This document shows positions 63,243-64,000 of a stretch of 64,000 nucleotides of DNA, piece by piece. Made by a program: the position numbers and the translations under genes. Under the pieces are notes generated by a model, which worked only from the letters and a program-made list of their open reading frames with translations, was not told the DNA's origin and did not search any database. Every line of letters starts with the position of its first letter. The stretch's first letter is position 1. Origin of the DNA: Coleofasciculus chthonoplastes F2-STO-03 (GTDB taxonomy: Bacteria > Cyanobacteriota > Cyanobacteriia > Cyanobacteriales > Coleofasciculaceae). Location: NCBI GenBank assembly GCA_040222015.1, contig JAVJWO010000176.1, positions 1-64,000 of the forward strand, given 5' to 3'.

Positions 63243-63557
63243 ATGATGGAACAATTTAACAAATATCGCTTGATCTGCACCCTGAGTTTTGGCGATATCT
63301 ATGGACAAATCATTGCGTGGTTAATCGTCATTTTCATAAGTCTTGCCTCTGCACTGGCGTTGTGGAGTGCCGATCGCCAAATTTATGCGTTGGCAACGGT
63401 GGGATTAGTCTTGGTCTTATCTTTGCCCTTTTTACTTTTTGCCTTTGTGACCACATTGCTGAATCATATTGAAATATTAGCAATGGATGAGCAGGAAACA
63501 ACGGCTGCCGATCGCAGCAGTCGCGGTGCATCCCAACCGGCTCAGGCAACGAGCTAG
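63243..63557 (+). CDS. Hypothetical two-TM cyanobacterial protein
   Basis: CTLSFGDIYGQII, two hydrophobic helices. Confidence 0.75.
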   Translation: MMEQFNKYRLICTLSFGDIYGQIIAWLIVIFISLASALALWSADRQIYALATVGLVLVLSLPFLLFAFVTTLLNHIEILAMDEQETTAADRSSRGASQPAQATS

Positions 63558-63608
63558 TACCAGAAGGCTCTAAGATCAGAGTAACTTTTCACAGGATGTG
63601 GTGTTTCT

Positions 63609-63668
63609 GTAGGGGCGGGTTTCACCACTATCTTTTCGGTTGCAACCGGATGTAACTAAACCCGCCCC
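63609..63668. repeat. GTAGGGGCGGG REP-like element
   Basis: Near-identical to 1346-1405. Confidence 0.85.
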
Positions 63669-63734
63669 GACTTTTGGTAGGGAATTTTTGTAATCAGTCA
63701 CTATAGATAACAGCAGAAATTCAATCGAGTTGAG

Positions 63735-64000
63735 ATGCAAGAACACGATGTCATTATTGTCGGCGGTGGTTTAGCCGGGTGTCGGGCGGCGTTGGAAATT
63801 AAACGCACTGATCCGAAGCTGAATGTGGCACTGGTTGCCAAAACCCATCCCATTCGTTCCCACTCCGTTGCGGCGCAAGGGGGAATGGCGGCGACGCTGA
63901 AAAATGTGGATGCGGAGGATACCTGGGAAGCCCACGCTTTTGATACGGTTAAGGGTTCCGATTATCTGGCGGATCAAGATGCGGTGGAAATTCTCACCCG
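63735..64000 (+). CDS. sdhA: Succinate dehydrogenase/fumarate reductase flavoprotein subunit, 5' part (runs off window)
   Basis: Hand translation MQEHDVIIVGGGLAG...RSHSVAAQGG...DTVKGSDYLADQDA. Confidence 0.92.
   Translation, partial: MQEHDVIIVGGGLAGCRAALEIKRTDPKLNVALVAKTHPIRSHSVAAQGGMAATLKNVDAEDTWEAHAFDTVKGSDYLADQDAVEILT

Noticed and set aside
63771..63977. Minus-strand 68-aa ORF
   Set aside because: Antisense to sdhA

Overview
Cyanobacterial chromosomal DNA: the HIP1 octamer GCGATCGC is frequent and the gene set (ebsA, labA, pentapeptide proteins, NtcA box) is cyanobacterial; the dense repeat content suggests a large-genome filamentous strain (inference). Housekeeping genes (exbB/exbD, aspA, ppa, leuA, rbsK, thrC, sdhA start) alternate with several immune-receptor-like giant proteins: a TIR-TIR-TIR/TM/14xWD40 gene with near-identical 123-bp repeats that vary only at a few codons and carry one in-frame TGA; a Cap4/DUF4297-like nuclease-NACHT-HEAT protein; a P-loop ATPase plus degenerate-STAND/TPR/STAND/TM/WD40 pair; and an AAA_35-type/TM/WD40 protein. 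Also present: an AT-rich orphan secreted protein with three Cys-paired repeats, a likely NtcA-driven NsiR4 sRNA, an orphan TRAP binding protein next to a membrane PP2C, an RTX-type adhesin beside a TIGR03032 gene, and many small GTAG-REP hairpins, TA-flanked MITE-like elements and heptamer repeats, some nested and some inserted in frame into genes. No rRNA, tRNA, CRISPR array, transposase or reverse transcriptase was recognised. All family assignments are by eye from motifs, not database searches.
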